The notes beneath the pieces were generated by a model. That model saw nothing but the letters and a program-made list of their open reading frames with translations, did no database searches and was not told the DNA's origin. DNA of 64,000 nucleotides from an uncultured Actinomycetota bacterium (lineage in GTDB: Bacteria > Actinomycetota > Acidimicrobiia > Acidimicrobiales > Bog-793): contig CAVWVO010000001.1 of assembly GCA_963758515.1 (NCBI GenBank), positions 201,511 to 265,510 of the forward strand, given 5' to 3'. The position numbers and the translations under genes are program-made. Positions 40,386-53,074 of the stretch are shown here, one piece after another. Position 1 is the stretch's first letter. Every line of letters starts with the position of its first letter.

Positions 40386-42347
40386 GTGACGAGCAGGGCC
40401 GGCACCCAAGGGCAGGTGCGCAGGGTCGTCGAGATCGATCAGGTCGTGATCCGCTTCGCCGGTGACTCAGGCGACGGCATGCAGGTCACGGGGGACCGCT
40501 TCACGAACGAGAGCGCCATCTTCGGCAACGACCTGTCGACGCTGCCGAACTTCCCTGCCGAGATCCGCGCTCCCGCCGGGACGCTCGCCGGCGTGTCGGC
40601 CTTCCAGGTCCACATCTCGGACCACGAGATCCTCACGCCCGGTGACGCTCCCAACGTGCTCGTGGCGATGAACCCGGCCGCACTGAAGGCGAACGTCGAC
40701 GACCTGCCTGTCGGCGCCACGATCGTCGTGAACGCTGACGCCTTCGACGAGCGGGCGATAGAGAAGGCGGGCTACGTCGACAACCCACTCACCGACGGCA
40801 GCTTGCACCGCTACAAGGTCTACGAGGTCCCGATGACCACGCTCACCCTCGAGGCGTGCAAGCCGACCGGTGCCAAGCCCCGGGACGCCGAGAGGAGCAA
40901 GAACTTCTTCGCCCTCGGGATCATCTCCTGGCTCTACCAGCGACCGACCGAGACGACCATCCGCTGGATCTCCGAGCGCTTCGGGCGGAAGCCGACCGTG
41001 GCCGAGGCGAACACGCTTGCATACAAGGCCGGCTACCACTTCGGCGAGACCGCCGAGCTCTTCGAGTCCGCCTACGAGATCCATGCCGCCACCCACGAGC
41101 CCGGCACCTATACGAACATCACCGGTAACAGCGCCCTCGCCTGGGGCCTCATCGCAGCGGCCAGGCTCGGCAACGTGCCTCTATTCCTCGGCTCCTACCC
41201 GATAACGCCGGCATCCGACATCCTCCACGAGCTGTCGAAGCACAAGAACTTCGGCGTCCGCACACTGCAGGCCGAAGACGAGATCGCCGGCATCGGCGCA
41301 GCCCTCGGCGCAGCCTTCGGGGGCGCCCTCGGTGTCACGACCACGAGCGGCCCCGGCATCGACCTCAAGTCCGAGACTGTCGGGCTGGCCGTCTCGCTCG
41401 AGCTGCCTCTCCTCATCGTGGACATCCAGCGGGGCGGCCCGTCGACCGGCCTGCCCACGAAGACCGAGCAGTCGGATCTGCTCCACGCCATGTTCGGCCG
41501 CCACGGTGAGGCGCCGGTGCCGATCGTCGCCGCCATGACTCCCTCGCACTGCTTCGAGGCCGCCATCGAGGCGGTCCGCATCGCCCTCAAGTACCGCACC
41601 CCGGTCTTCCTGCTCTCCGACGGCTACCTCGCCAACGGCTCGGAGCCGTGGCGGCTGCCGCTCGTCGAGGAGCTGCCGGACATCTCGACGGAGCTCGCCA
41701 CCGAGCCGAACGTCACCCTCGCGGACGGCGAGAAGGCGTTCTGGCCTTACCTGAGGGACCCCGAGACGCTCGCCCGGCCGTGGGCGATCCCCGGGACGCC
41801 CGGCCTCGAGCACCGGATCGGGGGGCTCGAGAAGGCCGACGGGACGGGCAACGTCTCCTACGAGCCTGAGAACCACGACAAGATGGTCCGGCTCCGCAGC
41901 GCCAAGATCGCCGGGATCGCGAGGGACATCCCTCTCGTCGAGGTAGACGACCCGACCGGCGACGCCCGGCTGCTCCTCCTCGGCTGGGGCTCGACGTACG
42001 CGGCGATCACAGCCGGCGTCCGCCGGGTACGGCGACGGGCGGGACTGGCGGTCGCCCAGGTCCACCTCATGCACCTCAACCCGTTCCCGGCCAACCTCGG
42101 CGAGGTGCTCCGGCGCTATGAGCGGGTCATAGTCCCAGAGGCGAACCTCGGCCAGCTCGTGAAGCTCATCAGGGCCGACTTCCTCGTAGACGCCCGCTCC
42201 ATCACGAATGTCCGCGGCACGCCCTTCAGGGTGGGCGAGATCGAGGCCGACATCCTCGACGAGCTGCGGGCGCTCGATGGGCTACAGCCTGCAGCGACGG
42301 ATCTCGAGACGAGCCCAACCGGGATGGCGATGAGTGATGACAGGTGA
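40386..42347 (+). CDS. korA: 2-oxoacid (2-oxoglutarate):ferredoxin oxidoreductase alpha subunit
   Basis: 653 aa: ...RFAGDSGDGMQVTGDRF...FPAEIRAP.GT...GSYPITPASDILHEL...TTSGPGIDLK.E...; coupled to the beta subunit (overlap 42344-42347). Confidence 0.85.
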   Translation: MTSRAGTQGQVRRVVEIDQVVIRFAGDSGDGMQVTGDRFTNESAIFGNDLSTLPNFPAEIRAPAGTLAGVSAFQVHISDHEILTPGDAPNVLVAMNPAALKANVDDLPVGATIVVNADAFDERAIEKAGYVDNPLTDGSLHRYKVYEVPMTTLTLEACKPTGAKPRDAERSKNFFALGIISWLYQRPTETTIRWISERFGRKPTVAEANTLAYKAGYHFGETAELFESAYEIHAATHEPGTYTNITGNSALAWGLIAAARLGNVPLFLGSYPITPASDILHELSKHKNFGVRTLQAEDEIAGIGAALGAAFGGALGVTTTSGPGIDLKSETVGLAVSLELPLLIVDIQRGGPSTGLPTKTEQSDLLHAMFGRHGEAPVPIVAAMTPSHCFEAAIEAVRIALKYRTPVFLLSDGYLANGSEPWRLPLVEELPDISTELATEPNVTLADGEKAFWPYLRDPETLARPWAIPGTPGLEHRIGGLEKADGTGNVSYEPENHDKMVRLRSAKIAGIARDIPLVEVDDPTGDARLLLLGWGSTYAAITAGVRRVRRRAGLAVAQVHLMHLNPFPANLGEVLRRYERVIVPEANLGQLVKLIRADFLVDARSITNVRGTPFRVGEIEADILDELRALDGLQPAATDLETSPTGMAMSDDR

Positions 42348-43405
42348 CTGACACCGCCGTCCCGGCCACTGACGCCGTCCCGGCCACCACCAGGAAGGAC
42401 TGGACGAGCGACCAGGACGTCAGGTGGTGCCCCGGTTGCGGGGACTACTCGATCCTCGCCGCCGTCCAACTGCTCATGCCCGAGCTCGGCGTCCGCCGCG
42501 AGAACGCCGTCTTCATCTCGGGCATCGGTTGCGCCGCCCGCTTCCCCTACTACATGAACACCTACGGCATGCACTCGATTCACGGCCGGGCGCCGGCGGT
42601 GGCCACCGGCCTCGCCGTGACGAGGCCAGATCTCGACGTCTTCGTCGTGACCGGCGACGGCGATGCGCTCTCGATAGGCGGCAACCACCTCGTCCACGCC
42701 CTCCGGCGCAATGTCAACCTCACGATCCTGCTCTTCAACAACCAGATCTACGGCCTCACGAAGGGCCAGTACTCGCCGACGTCCGAGGTGGGCAAGGTGA
42801 CGAAGTCGACGCCGTTCGGCTCGCTCGACACGCCGTTCAACCCGATCAGCCTCGCCCTCGGTGCTGAAGCGACGTTCGTCGCCCGTACCCACGACATGGA
42901 CCGCAAGCACATGATGGAGGTCTTCCGGCGGGCGCACGCCCATCGTGGCGCCGCTTTCGTCGAGGTCTACCAGAACTGCAACGTCTTCAACGACGGCGCT
43001 TTCGAGAAGATCACGGCGAGAGCGAGCCGGGAGGAGATGCTCATCCAGCTCGAGCACGGCAAGCCGATCCGTTTCGGTACCGACGGGCACCGGGGAGTGG
43101 TCATGGACGCCCAGGGACGGCTTGGCCTCGTCGAGGTCGGGGGCGATGGCGGCGTGGACGAGAGCTCGCTCGTCGTGCACGACGAGGCGCGTCCGGACCC
43201 CGGGCTCGCCTTCGCCCTCTCGAGGCTCTCCCTCGGTCCCTACGAGCCGACGCCGGTCGGGATCTTCCGGGCGGTGGAGCGGCCCGACTACGGATCGCTC
43301 GTCGATGCCCAGTTGCTCGACGCGAAGGCGCGCAAGGGCACGGGCGACCTGGCGAACCTGCTCCAGTCGGGCACGACGTGGACGGTGGAGGCCGATACCG
43401 AATAG
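42344..43405 (+). CDS. korB: 2-oxoacid:ferredoxin oxidoreductase beta subunit (TPP-binding)
   Basis: ...WCPGCGDYSIL...SGIGCAARFPYYM...HGRA...VVTGDGDALSIGGNH...NNQIYGLTKGQ. Confidence 0.85.
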   Translation: MTDTAVPATDAVPATTRKDWTSDQDVRWCPGCGDYSILAAVQLLMPELGVRRENAVFISGIGCAARFPYYMNTYGMHSIHGRAPAVATGLAVTRPDLDVFVVTGDGDALSIGGNHLVHALRRNVNLTILLFNNQIYGLTKGQYSPTSEVGKVTKSTPFGSLDTPFNPISLALGAEATFVARTHDMDRKHMMEVFRRAHAHRGAAFVEVYQNCNVFNDGAFEKITARASREEMLIQLEHGKPIRFGTDGHRGVVMDAQGRLGLVEVGGDGGVDESSLVVHDEARPDPGLAFALSRLSLGPYEPTPVGIFRAVERPDYGSLVDAQLLDAKARKGTGDLANLLQSGTTWTVEADTE

Positions 43406-43424
43406 CGTCGGCCGAGCGGGTGCC

Positions 43425-44618
43425 TCAGCAGGCGTCAGGCCTTGGGGGGTCGAGCTCCCGGAAGACCATGCCGGTCCTCAGCTTCGGATAGAAGAACGTC
43501 GACTTCGGCGGCATGCGCTCGTCGCCGTGCGCCGTCCGGGCGATCCGGCTGACCGTCACGGGCCGCAGCAACACGGCCGCTTCGGCCCGCCCTTCGTCAA
43601 CCGCCGCTTTCGTGGCGGCGAGGCCGTGCTGGTAGACGACGTCGTAGATCCCGAGATGGGAGAGCGCCCCGGCGAGGAGGGCGGCGTCGACGTCGTCTCC
43701 CGGGTCCTTCGCCGGGCGCAAGAGGAAGGACCCCTCCTTCGTCACGAGGCCGAGCGCGCCACCGGCTGACATGAGCTCGTAGAGCACGTGCGGATCGGAC
43801 GTCGAGGCTGGCTCGACCTCGAACCAAGGCTCCAACTCGGACGGGAGGGTCCGCCCGTCCACGCCCCGGAGGAGCCGGTGGATCGGCTGCACGTCCAGCT
43901 GGTCCTCGGCCAGCTCGACGACGAAGGCGAGGATGGATCCGGCGCCGGCGAGCGCCGGCTGCTCCTCGTGGAACGTCCTCGCCGTCTCGTAACGGTGGTG
44001 GCCGTCGGCGATCAGCACCGGCATGCTCGCCGACGAGCGCCGAGATCCGCCCGATCTCGTCGGCGCCGGTGACCGGCCATGACTCGTGAAGGACGCCGTC
44101 GTCGTCGAGGGCGGCGAAAGGCGAGGCGGCCGTCGGCAACGGCCTCGGCCGCCTGTCCGAGGCCTGCTGCGGTCGAGAGCCCCCAGATCGGTGAGAAGTT
44201 GGTCCGGGCTGCTCGCAGCAGCGAGAGCCGGTCGTGCTTGTCCTTCGGAGTCGTCTGCTCGTGCGGGAGGACCTCCTCGGGATCGATGCCGAGGGCGCCG
44301 AGCACCCCGGTCGTCGACCTGACGGTTCCGCCCTCGGTAGGAAACGTCATCCTGTAGATGAAGAAACCCGCCTCTGCTCCCGACACGCACCACCCCCTCC
44401 CGGTGCCACGCGTCGAAGAGCCGGGCGGCGGCGGCGTAGGGGTCCGTCGTTGCCTCGGCCACTGGAAGCTCGACGTGGATGGCGTTGTAGGGGCTTCTCG
44501 CCGCCAGGCTCGCCCGCTCGACCGGCCCGACGACGTCATAGGGAGGAGCGATGACGTCCTCGGCCCGGACGCGGCTCGCGTCGTACGTGGTGGCGCGAAA
44601 AGGCTCGAAACGTGCCAT
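43425..44618 (-). pseudogene. DUF1015 family protein, 3 frame breaks (~44365-44390, ~44112-44122, ~44030-44040)
   Basis: MARFEPFRATTYD...VIAPPYDVV (track ORF 43425..44801 from ATG 44618); GFFIYRMTFPTEGGTVRSTTGVLGALG...VLPHEQTTPKDKHDRLSLLRAARTNFSPIWGL (44012..44539); AALDDDGVLHESWPVT (43597..44139); then back to PVLIADGHHRYETA...FFYPKLRTG. Confidence 0.7.
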
Positions 44619-44679
44619 GGAGGAGAGGAGTCTAGGTAGCGATGCGTCCTGCCGGCGCTTCATCTGGCATGGTGGCCAC

Positions 44680-45520
44680 ATGACCTGGGTGCTCGACTGC
44701 GACGGAGTGGTGTGGCTGGCGGACGTGCCGATTCCGGGGGCGGCCGAGGCTGTCGCCCGCCTGAAGGCTTCCGGGCAACGGGTCGTCTTCCTCACGAACA
44801 ACTCGTGGCCGCGGCGCGCCGATCACCTCGAGAAGCTGAAGCGGATGGGGATGCCGACAGCGGGCGAGGACCTCATCAGCTCACCGATGGCCGCCGCCTC
44901 ACTGCTCGAGCGAGGGGACAGGGCACTCGTGCTCGGGGGGCCGGGAGTCATCGAGGCCCTCACCGACCGCGGGGTGGAGGTCACCGAACCCGGCGGTGCC
45001 GGAGCGGGCGACGCCGCGGCCGGAGCAGTCGCGGCCGGAGCGAACCCGGCGGCGGGCGCATCCCCCCGGCGGGAAGGCTTCGGGGTTCACGGCTGTCGTG
45101 GTGGGCTTCGACTCGTTGTTCGACTTCGACCGGCTGGCGGCGGCGACGACCGCCCTGCGGGGAGGTGCACGCCTCATCGCCACGAACGACGACGCCACCT
45201 TCCCGACGAGCAAGGGGCTGCTTCCCGGCGCAGGCTCATTCGTCGCTGCCGTCGCCAAGGCGGGCGGAGTCACCCCGGTCGTCGGCGGCAAGCCTTACGA
45301 GCCGGTCGCCGACCTCGTCCGGAAGAGCGTCGGCGCCGTTGACGTCGTGGTGGGGGACCGTCCTTCGACCGACGGACGTTTCGCACGCCTCCTCGGAACG
45401 CGGTTCGGACTCGTTCTGACCGGAGTCACTCCTGCCGGCCACGGTCGGCTCGACCCCGAGCCGGACGTCGAAGCAGACGATCTCCTTGCTCTCGTGGAGC
45501 CGGATGCTGGCGCGCTAGCT
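44680..45520 (+). CDS. HAD-IIA family hydrolase (NagD-like); frame break near C6 run 45062-45067; 3' end uncertain
   Basis: MTWVLDCDGVVWLADVPIPGAAEAV..LK.SGQRVVFLTNNS (ATG 44680 in track ORF 44551..45342), then ...FTAVVVGFDSLFDFDRLAAATTALRGGARLIATNDDATFP...GGKPYEPV...VVGDRPSTD (track ORF 44996..45670). That frame reads through the next promoter, so the true stop is probably ~45517-45531 in another frame. Confidence 0.6.
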
Positions 45521-45577
45521 GCAGCACATGACTGCTTACTCCGGCTAAAAGACCAGTTCAGCAGCTATAATGCAGAC

Positions 45578-46710
45578 ATGGCACCTACGAACCCCCTGCA
45601 GCGTTCGCTCGCCGCCGGCATGGCCTTCACTCGAGATCACGCGCAAGCGCGCCGAGGAGATGGTGCGTGACTTTGTGCGTGAGGGAGAGGTGGGGCGGGA
45701 GCACGCCGAGGAGTGGGTCGAGGAGATCATGACCCGCAGTCGCCGGAATGCCGAGCTCCTGACCGAGCTCGTCACAGGCGAGGTGCGACGCCAGGTGGAG
45801 GCGCTCGGGCTGATGCGCTTCGACGAGGCGCCGAAGCTGTTCGAGCAGTTCCTCACCCAGGCATGGTCCACCGGCGAGCGGACAGTGCGCGACGTCGCCG
45901 GGCGCGCCGAGCGGGTGCGCCGGACTGCTGCCGGCGGCGCCAGCACGGTCAAGCGCGAGACGGAGGGGCCGGCGTCCCCAGCTCGCCGGAGTGCCGCCGG
46001 CAAGAAGGCGGCAGCTACCGGTGGGCGCAGCCGGTCCGAGAGCCGGCGAGCCGCAGCGAGCGGCTAGCGGCCACCACGACGCCCAGCAAGGAAGCGGCAG
46101 GCAGAGCAAGGGCGCCGACGCGGCACCCGCGGACACGCCAGGCGACGGCCGAAGGCTGCCGGCACCCGCAAGGCCGCCGGCACCGGCAAGGCCGCCGGCA
46201 CTCGCAAGGCCGCCAACGGGCGGCGAACAGCCGCCGCGTCGGGCGATGGCCAGAAGGCGCGCCGGCACCAGAAGGCGCCGCCGGCACCGGCAAGGCCGCC
46301 AAAGGCCAGCGATCAGCGCGGCGCGTCGGGTGGTGGCCGCAAGGCACGCCGGCACCCGCAAGGCCGCCGCCAACGGTCGGAAGGCTGCCGGCACCGGCAA
46401 GGCCGCCAACGGGCGGCGGACGAGCCCGACGGGCAGATCGACGCGCACCCCCGGCGCAGGGGACAGCTCGGGCTCGGCGGCGAGGAGCGCTCCCGGCGCC
46501 CCCAAGCGCGCCGCCAGCGGGTCTGCCCGGGCGAGCGGGGCGAGGAAACGCCAGACGCGGGTTCCGGCCGCTCGACAGCCGGCTGAGACGAGCTTCGGCA
46601 CCGGCGGGTCCGGACCGTTTCGCACGGCGCGCCCCGGAGGCATGCGGCGGGCCGGGCGATGCCAGGCGACGGATGCTGGCGCGTCCCGAGCCGCAAGGAT
46701 GACCGCGTGA
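45578..46710 (+). CDS. Phasin-like (PHA-granule-protein-like) helical protein with a long basic Ala/Lys/Gly/Thr-rich repeat tail; several frame breaks
   Basis: ATG 45578 (7 nt after TATAAT 45566-45571) gives MAPTNPLQRSLAAGMAFT, then one frame over EITRKRAEEMVRDFVREGEVGREHAEEWVEEIMTRSRRNAELLTELVTGEVRRQVEALGL (track ORF 45570..46067). The tail is read piecewise in three frames: KAAGTRKAAGTGKAAGTRKAANGRR ... AGTRKAAANGRKAAGTGKAANGRR ... It ends with a GTGA overlap onto nadK at 46707-46710. Confidence 0.45.
46130..46440 (+). repeat. Degenerate 18-nt coding tandem repeats (aaggccgccggcaccggc = KAAGTG)
   Basis: gccggcacccgcaaggccgccggcaccggcaaggccgccggcactcgcaaggccgcc... The motif recurs at ~46152-46215, ~46290-46305 and ~46345-46415. 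Confidence 0.6.
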
Positions 46711-47550
46711 GCATCCGGTCGGTCCTCCTCGTCGTGCACCCGACCCGGCTTGAGGCCGACGGACCTCGCCAAGAGCGCCCGGGAGTGGTGGGAGCGCCGT
46801 GAGGTGGAAGTGGTCGAGCTCGATCCTTACGCCGAGCCTGAGCACACCCGTCCGGCCGGGTTCGATCTCGCCGTGAGCCTCGGTGGCGACGGGACGATGC
46901 TTCGCACCGTCGAGGCCGCTCTTCCCGCCGGGGTGCCTGTCCTCGGCGTGAACCTCGGTCGGATGGGCTACCTGACGGGAGTCGAGCCGGCCGGCATGGA
47001 GGCGGCCTTTGACTTCGTTGCCGCCGGTGACTACCGGGTCGAGGACCGGATGGCGCTCGAGGTCGAGCTCCGCAGGGCAGCGGATGGGAACAGGGTCGAG
47101 ACCTACCACATCCTCAACGAGGCGATCGTGGAGCGGGAGTCCCACGGGCACACGATCAGGGTGAGCGTCTCGATCGCCGGGAGGCCGTTTCTCACCTATG
47201 CCGCCGACGGCCTGCTCGTGTGCACGCCGACCGGCTCAACCGCATACAACCTCTCCGCCCGCGGCCCGATCGTCTCGCCCCTCATGAGGGCGATGGTGTT
47301 CACGCCGATAGCACCTCATCTCGTCTTCGATCGCTCGCTCGTGCTCGAGCCGGAAGAGCCCCTCACTCTGACCGTGCTCGACGAGTGGACTGCCGTCCTC
47401 GTCCTCGACGGCGACCTCCGGGCGCAGCGGCTCGGTCCGGGCGACTCGGTCACATGCCGGGCGGCGGACCGCTCGGCACGGCTCGTGACCTTTGCCGAGC
47501 GGGACTTCCACGCCGTGCTCCGTTCGAAGTTCAGGTTGACGGATCGATAG
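46707..47550 (+). CDS. nadK: NAD kinase; frame break near 46755-46762
   Basis: GTG 46707 gives VSIRSVLLVVHPTRLEA, then track ORF 46750..47550: DLAKSAREWW...VSLGGDGTMLR...GVNLGRMGYL...CTPTGSTAYNLSA. Confidence 0.85.
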
Positions 47551-47556
47551 CGGGGC

Positions 47557-49267
47557 ATGCTCGTCGAAATAAGGGTCCGCGACCTCGGCGTGATCGACGA
47601 TCTCGACCTCGTTCTCGGGCCGGGCATGACGGCCCTCACGGGGGAGACCGGCGCGGGAAAGACCCTCGTCGTCGAGGCGCTCGAGCTGCTCGTCGGGGGG
47701 CGGGCGGACGCGACGCTTGTCAGGCGGGGCGCCGAGCAGGCCTTCGTGGAGGGCCGGTTCGTGGTCGAGGCGCCTGACACCGCGTCGGTGGAGGGCGAAT
47801 CGCCCCAACCGGCGGCAAAGGGCCGGCGGGTGAATGAGGGCCAAGAGCGCGAGCCCAGACGGCGCGAGATCATCGTGAGTCGCGAAATACCGGCCGATGG
47901 GCGCTCCCGCGCCTATCTCGACGGGAGGATGGCGACGGTGGCGGCGCTGGCAGAGGAGGGTGCCACCCTCGTAGACCTCCATGGCCAGCACAGCCACCAG
48001 TCCCTCCTCCATCAGGAGGCGCAACGCCAGGCTCTCGATCAGTTCGGGGAAGTGGACCTCACCGAGGTCGAGGCCGAGCGTCTCGTCGTACGCAGTCTGG
48101 ACGACCGGCTGGCCGAGCTCGGGGGCGACGAGCGCCAGAGGGCGAGGGAGGTTGACCTGCTCGCTTTTCAGGTCGCCGAGCTCGAGGCGGCCGCTCTCGG
48201 CGATCCCGACGAGGAAGCAGCCATCGGGGCGAAGGTGGCGCTGCTGAGCGCGGCCGAGAGCCTTCGTCATGCGGCGGCAGCCGGCTACATCCTCCTCACG
48301 GGAACGAGCGACGGAGCCCCAGACGCCTCCCTCTCAGGCGCACAGCCTGACGCGCTCGACGCCCTCGGGCGCGCCGGCTCCCTGCTCGGCGAGCACGAAC
48401 CGCTCCGGGACCTGGCGGGGCGACTAAAGGATGCCGCCGCCGAGGTGGCCGATGTGGCAGCAGAGCTGCGGACGCGAGCAGAAGGCTTCGAGGATGACCC
48501 GGCGATGCTCGAGGAGCTCATGGGACGGCTGCGACTGCTCGCTGAGCTCCGGCGTAAGTACGGCGAGTCTCTCGGCGATGTCATCGGTTACGAGCTGGCA
48601 ACGCGCGCACGGCTGGCGGACCTGCGGGCCGGGGAAGCGCGCCGAGGCGAGCTCGAGGCCGAGCGCGGCCGTGCCGTCGCCAGGCTGGCGCAGGCGGAGG
48701 AGCGGGTGGGCGACGCCCGGCGGGCAGCGGCCGGCGCCCTCGCAGCAGCTGTCGAGCGCCACCTCGCCGAGCTGGCGCTTCCGAAGGCCCGCCTCGAGAT
48801 CCACGTCCCCGAGCGTGGACTCGGGGAGGCGGTGTCGTGGTTGTTCGGGGCGAACGCCGGCGAGCCGGCACTGCCGCTCGCCAAGGTTGCCTCCGGCGGG
48901 GAGCTGGCTCGGGCGATGCTGGCGACGCGGCTCGTCTTGAGCGAGGCGCCCCCGACTTTGATCTTCGACGAGGTGGACGCCGGGATCGGGGGCGAGGCCG
49001 CCCTGGCCGTCGGCAGGTCTCTCCACCAGCTGGCTGAGGCCGGGCATCAGGTGATCGTCGTCACGCACCTGCCTCAGGTGGCTGCGTTCGCCGACGCTCA
49101 CGTGGCCGTCCGGAAGGAGGAGCGCGGCAGGCCGTACCATCGCCTCGGTCGCCACGGTCTCAGGCGAGGAACGGCTCGTCGAGCTCTCCCGGATGCTCTC
49201 CGGCCAGCCGGGCTCGGCAGCGGCCCGGCGCCACGCCAAGGAGCTTCTCAGCCTGGCCTGGGGCTGA
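47557..49267 (+). CDS. recN: DNA repair protein RecN; frame break near 49128-49131
   Basis: MLVEIRVRDLGVIDDL...LTGETGAGKTLV (Walker A)...coiled coil...VASGGELARAMLA...LIFDEVDAGIGG...VTHLPQVAAFAD. One frame over, the end reads GRTIASVATVSGEERLVELSRMLSGQPGSAAARRHAKELLSLAWG with the stop at 49265-49267. Confidence 0.9.
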
Positions 49268-49318
49268 AAGTGCCGGTGACGCCGCCGAGGCGTTGGAGCC
49301 TTGTGCACGACTTGGTAG

Positions 49319-51663
<2,345 letters not shown>

Positions 51664-51683
<20 letters not shown>

Positions 51684-52668
51684 GAGGCTCGTCGGTCGGC
51701 GGCGACAGGCAGCCGCTCAGCCGCGACGCCGAGGAGTTCCTGTCATTCCTCGCCGTCGAGAAGGGGCGGGCGCCGGCCTCGATAGCCGCCTACCGCCGCG
51801 ACCTGCTCGCGTACGAGGAGTTCCTCGCCATCCGTCGCTGTGCCCTCTTTGATGCCGGTCCGGCGATCGTGGAGGACTACATGGGGTTTCTCGCCGCTAC
51901 GGGCCGCCAGGCGACCTCGAACGCCCGCTCCTTCTCGGCGATCCGCGGCTTGCACCGCTTCTGCCTCGACGAGCGAGGGGCGCCCACGGACCCGACCGAG
52001 GGCCTGAGCGGGCCGCGGCTGCCACGGGCGATCCCGAAGGCGCTCACGGAGGCCGAGATCGAGCGACTGCTCGGAGCGGTGGGCGGGGACGACCCTCGAG
52101 GGCGGCGAGACCGGGCCATCCTCGAGCTCGCCTATGCCACCGGCATGCGCATCTCGGAGCTGGCCGGCCTCCGTCTGTCGGACGTCGACCTCTCGCGCCT
52201 GCTCGCCATCGCCTTCGGCAAAGGATCAAAGGAGCGCGTCGTGCCGTTCGGGCGCCAAGCGGCCTCGGCACTCCGGGCATGGCTCGCCGGTCCCGGCAGG
52301 CCGGCGATGGCGCCGGAACGGTGGGGGAGGCGGGCTGACGAGGAGGCGCTCTTCATCTCGACACGGGGGCGCCGCATGTCCCGCCAGGGAATCTGGGTCG
52401 TGGTGAGGGCGGCGGCCGAGAGGGCAGGCCTCGAGGACCGGGTCACCCCCCACGTGCTCCGGCACTCGTGCGCAACCCACCTGCTCGAGCAGGCGCCGAC
52501 ATCCGCGTCGTCCAGGAGCTGCTCGGACATGCCGCCATCACGACGACCCAGCTCTACACGAGCGTCTCCTCCGAGCTGCTGCGGAGGGTGTACGACGATG
52601 CCCATCCCCGGGCGCACTCCCGCAGCCGGCGATGGGTCGTGCCCTCGACACAGGGCGGTGGAGGATGA
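51664..52668 (+). CDS. xerD: Tyrosine recombinase XerD; 2 frame breaks (~51700-51720 and ~52487-52493)
   Basis: [33 protein letters not shown]...[18 protein letters not shown]...[12 protein letters not shown]...[16 protein letters not shown] (track ORF 51869..52723 and its upstream open frame), then [23 protein letters not shown] (track ORF 52468..52668). The only upstream ATG (51664) is one frame off. Confidence 0.8.
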
Positions 52669-52732
52669 CCATGAGGTCGACGGCGGCGCCGGCGGGGCAC
52701 GTCGCAGCCCAGGCGCCAACTAGTGTGTCACC

Positions 52733-53074
52733 GTGGCAAACGATGCAGCCGTCGACTACCGAGCCCTGCTCGAGGAAGAGCGCCAATCGCTCGAACAGCA
52801 GCTCCGCGAGATCGGCTTCGGGGACAATGGCAGCCTCGAGTACGACTCGAATTTCGCGGACTCCTCGCAGGTCACCGCGGAGCGAGGCGAGGCCGAGGCC
52901 CTCGCGGCGCAGCTGCGCGAGGCACTCGATGCTGTCCGGATGGCACTGAAGAAGCTCGACGGTGGGACCTACGGCGTCTGTGCGCGGTGCGGCAAGCCGA
53001 TCGCTCCGGCGCGTCTCGAAGCCAAGCCCGCCAGCGCCTACTGCATCGACTGCGCCTCCGTAGCTCGCCGTTGA
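52733..53074 (+). CDS. TraR/DksA-family C4 zinc-finger protein
   Basis: Coiled-coil N-part, then GVCARCGKPIAPARLEAKPASAYCIDCAS (CxxC-17-CxxC). Confidence 0.75.
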   Translation: MANDAAVDYRALLEEERQSLEQQLREIGFGDNGSLEYDSNFADSSQVTAERGEAEALAAQLREALDAVRMALKKLDGGTYGVCARCGKPIAPARLEAKPASAYCIDCASVARR

